A stretch of DNA of 64,000 nucleotides. Source: Oopsacas minuta. Taxonomy: Eukaryota > Animalia > Porifera. Position numbers and translations under genes: made by a program. The first letter of the stretch is position 1. Every line of letters begins with the position of its first letter. The DNA is taken from assembly GCA_024704765.1 (NCBI GenBank), contig JAKMXF010000133.1, positions 620,001 to 684,000 of the forward strand, read 5' to 3'. The notes below the pieces were generated by a model. The model was not told where the DNA came from. It saw nothing but the letters and a program-made list of their open reading frames with translations, and ran no database searches. This document shows positions 62,506-64,000 of this stretch, one piece after another.

Positions 62506-63206
62506 TTTGATAATCTCTTGTTATACGAGGGAGATAAGCTACAAATAATGAATAGAATTAACTCAACCATCAAATGAATTGTATAACATATTAACTAAAT
62601 TTTCACTGAATTGACATAATCAATTCCTCCTCTAACTCTTGGGCACAATTTTACTGAGAAATTTTTAATGAATATTCATCTAGTTTCGAGATACACACTA
62701 GACTCCGTTTAATAAGTTCACATCAGGACCAGGCCATTTTGGCCGTATTAACCCGAATAGAGGTGCTGGCCCGATTAACCGAAGTAAATTGCCAAGTGAC
62801 CCGATTAACCGGGTGCTCTATTAAGCTGAGTCTACAATATGGAAATAATTTGGATAGAAACAGAAATTTCACGAAATATTTCGTATAACGTGTGTGTAAT
62901 GACATGAATGACATCTTGAACCAATTCAAGATTTAATTCATATGGACAGTGTCTACAATGAGTAATATCTGATATACGCATATAGCGGACGAATAGGATA
63001 TCAGAGTCCAGAATTCGTACATAATGAGACTGCTAAATAGAGAGTGTACACGCAATATCAAAGTAACTTGGAAGATGTATCGCATCAACACATTAAAGTA
63101 AATGTTCTGTGAGAAGTGAACAAACAGAAGCACAGCTGTCAGTCCAATTGTCAGTTGTCAAATGACACCTGACATGAGTTACAGATTGGTAAAATGTTCG
63201 GGTTGC

Positions 63207-64000
63207 TTATTGAAACTTTTGTTTCCGTCTACAATTAGATTTACTGGGTCTAGCTACCCTGCAGGTAGCACTAACTGCTCTTCTAGATCCCTGGTGTTTC
63301 AAAATCTGACACTTAGCCATTTCTTGCTTATACTCCTCATCCAGCATTTTTACATAACAGCAAGGTGAACAACTGGTTGCTGCAGCCGAAAAAAACTGCG
63401 CGTACCCTCCATTGAGTACATACAGCTCTGGGTAATGAAGTTTCGGGAAGGTAGCCTCATTCAATTTCCGGTCTTCATTCCTGAGATATCTATATTGACT
63501 AGGGCCTCTCATGGTAGAAAATTCGCAGTAAAACACTACAATATGTCTCAGGTTAGAAATACGTATATAAGTTGACTTCAAAAAGAATTCATACATCAAT
63601 TGCTCTGTCCATATATTGAGAGCTGTATTTATGTGTCCACCTTTATACTCGTAAGGATAACGTGCATCTACGATAATCAGATTTGAAATGTGCTGTGAAA
63701 ACTCTCCAGCTAGTACTCGTACTAGTGTGATTGGTTCAATAGTCTTTAAGTCTGGATTAGTACCACCACGGATAACAGGTAGAAGATGAGACTCACTGTT
63801 GTCACCGATTAGCTCATCACTGTTATTGGAGTTGAATGACGTATTAGCGGGAGATGAATTAGAACGTAAGACAAGCTGTGTAACAGCTGGAGAGACATGG
63901 AAATCAGGGGGAGTGCTTCCCCCCCGACACACCCTCTTAGGCTGTAAATTAAAAGGACTATTCTGTGTAGAGTTAGTTGCACACGCTGTAGGACACCATA
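63207..64000 (-). CDS. CDC25: CDC25 phosphatase, 5' end beyond the window
   Basis: IIVDARYPYEYKGGHI, CEFSTMRGP (CX5R), YPELYVLNGGY; the frame is open to position 64000. Confidence 0.9.
   Translation of the reverse strand, partial: WCPTACATNSTQNSPFNLQPKRVCRGGSTPPDFHVSPAVTQLVLRSNSSPANTSFNSNNSDELIGDNSESHLLPVIRGGTNPDLKTIEPITLVRVLAGEFSQHISNLIIVDARYPYEYKGGHINTALNIWTEQLMYEFFLKSTYIRISNLRHIVVFYCEFSTMRGPSQYRYLRNEDRKLNEATFPKLHYPELYVLNGGYAQFFSAAATSCSPCCYVKMLDEEYKQEMAKCQILKHQGSRRAVSATCRVARPSKSNCRRKQKFQ

Overview
AT-rich, gene-dense eukaryotic DNA with few introns, most of them short (65-75 nt, GT-AG). It looks like a compact animal genome; the style resembles a hexactinellid sponge, but that is inference only. 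Both flanks carry conserved genes: a CNC-type bZIP, an SLC6 transporter, TAF6L, HMGCS, PAQR3, C1D, SPAST, TMEM214, PSMD8, TRAPPC3, a PTPN1/2-like phosphatase, an ELMOD protein, WDR55, a CAR/GPR157-like GPCR, LAMTOR5, CHMP1 and CDC25. The notable region is 15009-40799, a co-oriented (minus-strand) array of 12 genes built from three interchangeable parts. Part 1 is a ~130-aa Cys/His module I do not recognise (TD[IV]GxIPR...GCYWC...CxxxC...[HY]EWC...CxxPGC...CxxxH...GPxWY), present in 19 copies. Part 2 is a YbiA-like NADAR domain: three copies have intact motifs and two are degenerate. Part 3 is a TRIM/NHL-type coiled coil. The array shows module shuffling, a chimeric pseudogene, a ~200-bp CAA (polyQ) tract, PTAP/PPxY/NPF linear motifs and nested DNA transposons, which together suggest a fast-evolving defence-like locus. 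Several single indels fall in homopolymer or microsatellite runs and may be consensus errors. All identifications come from motif recognition by eye; no searches were run.
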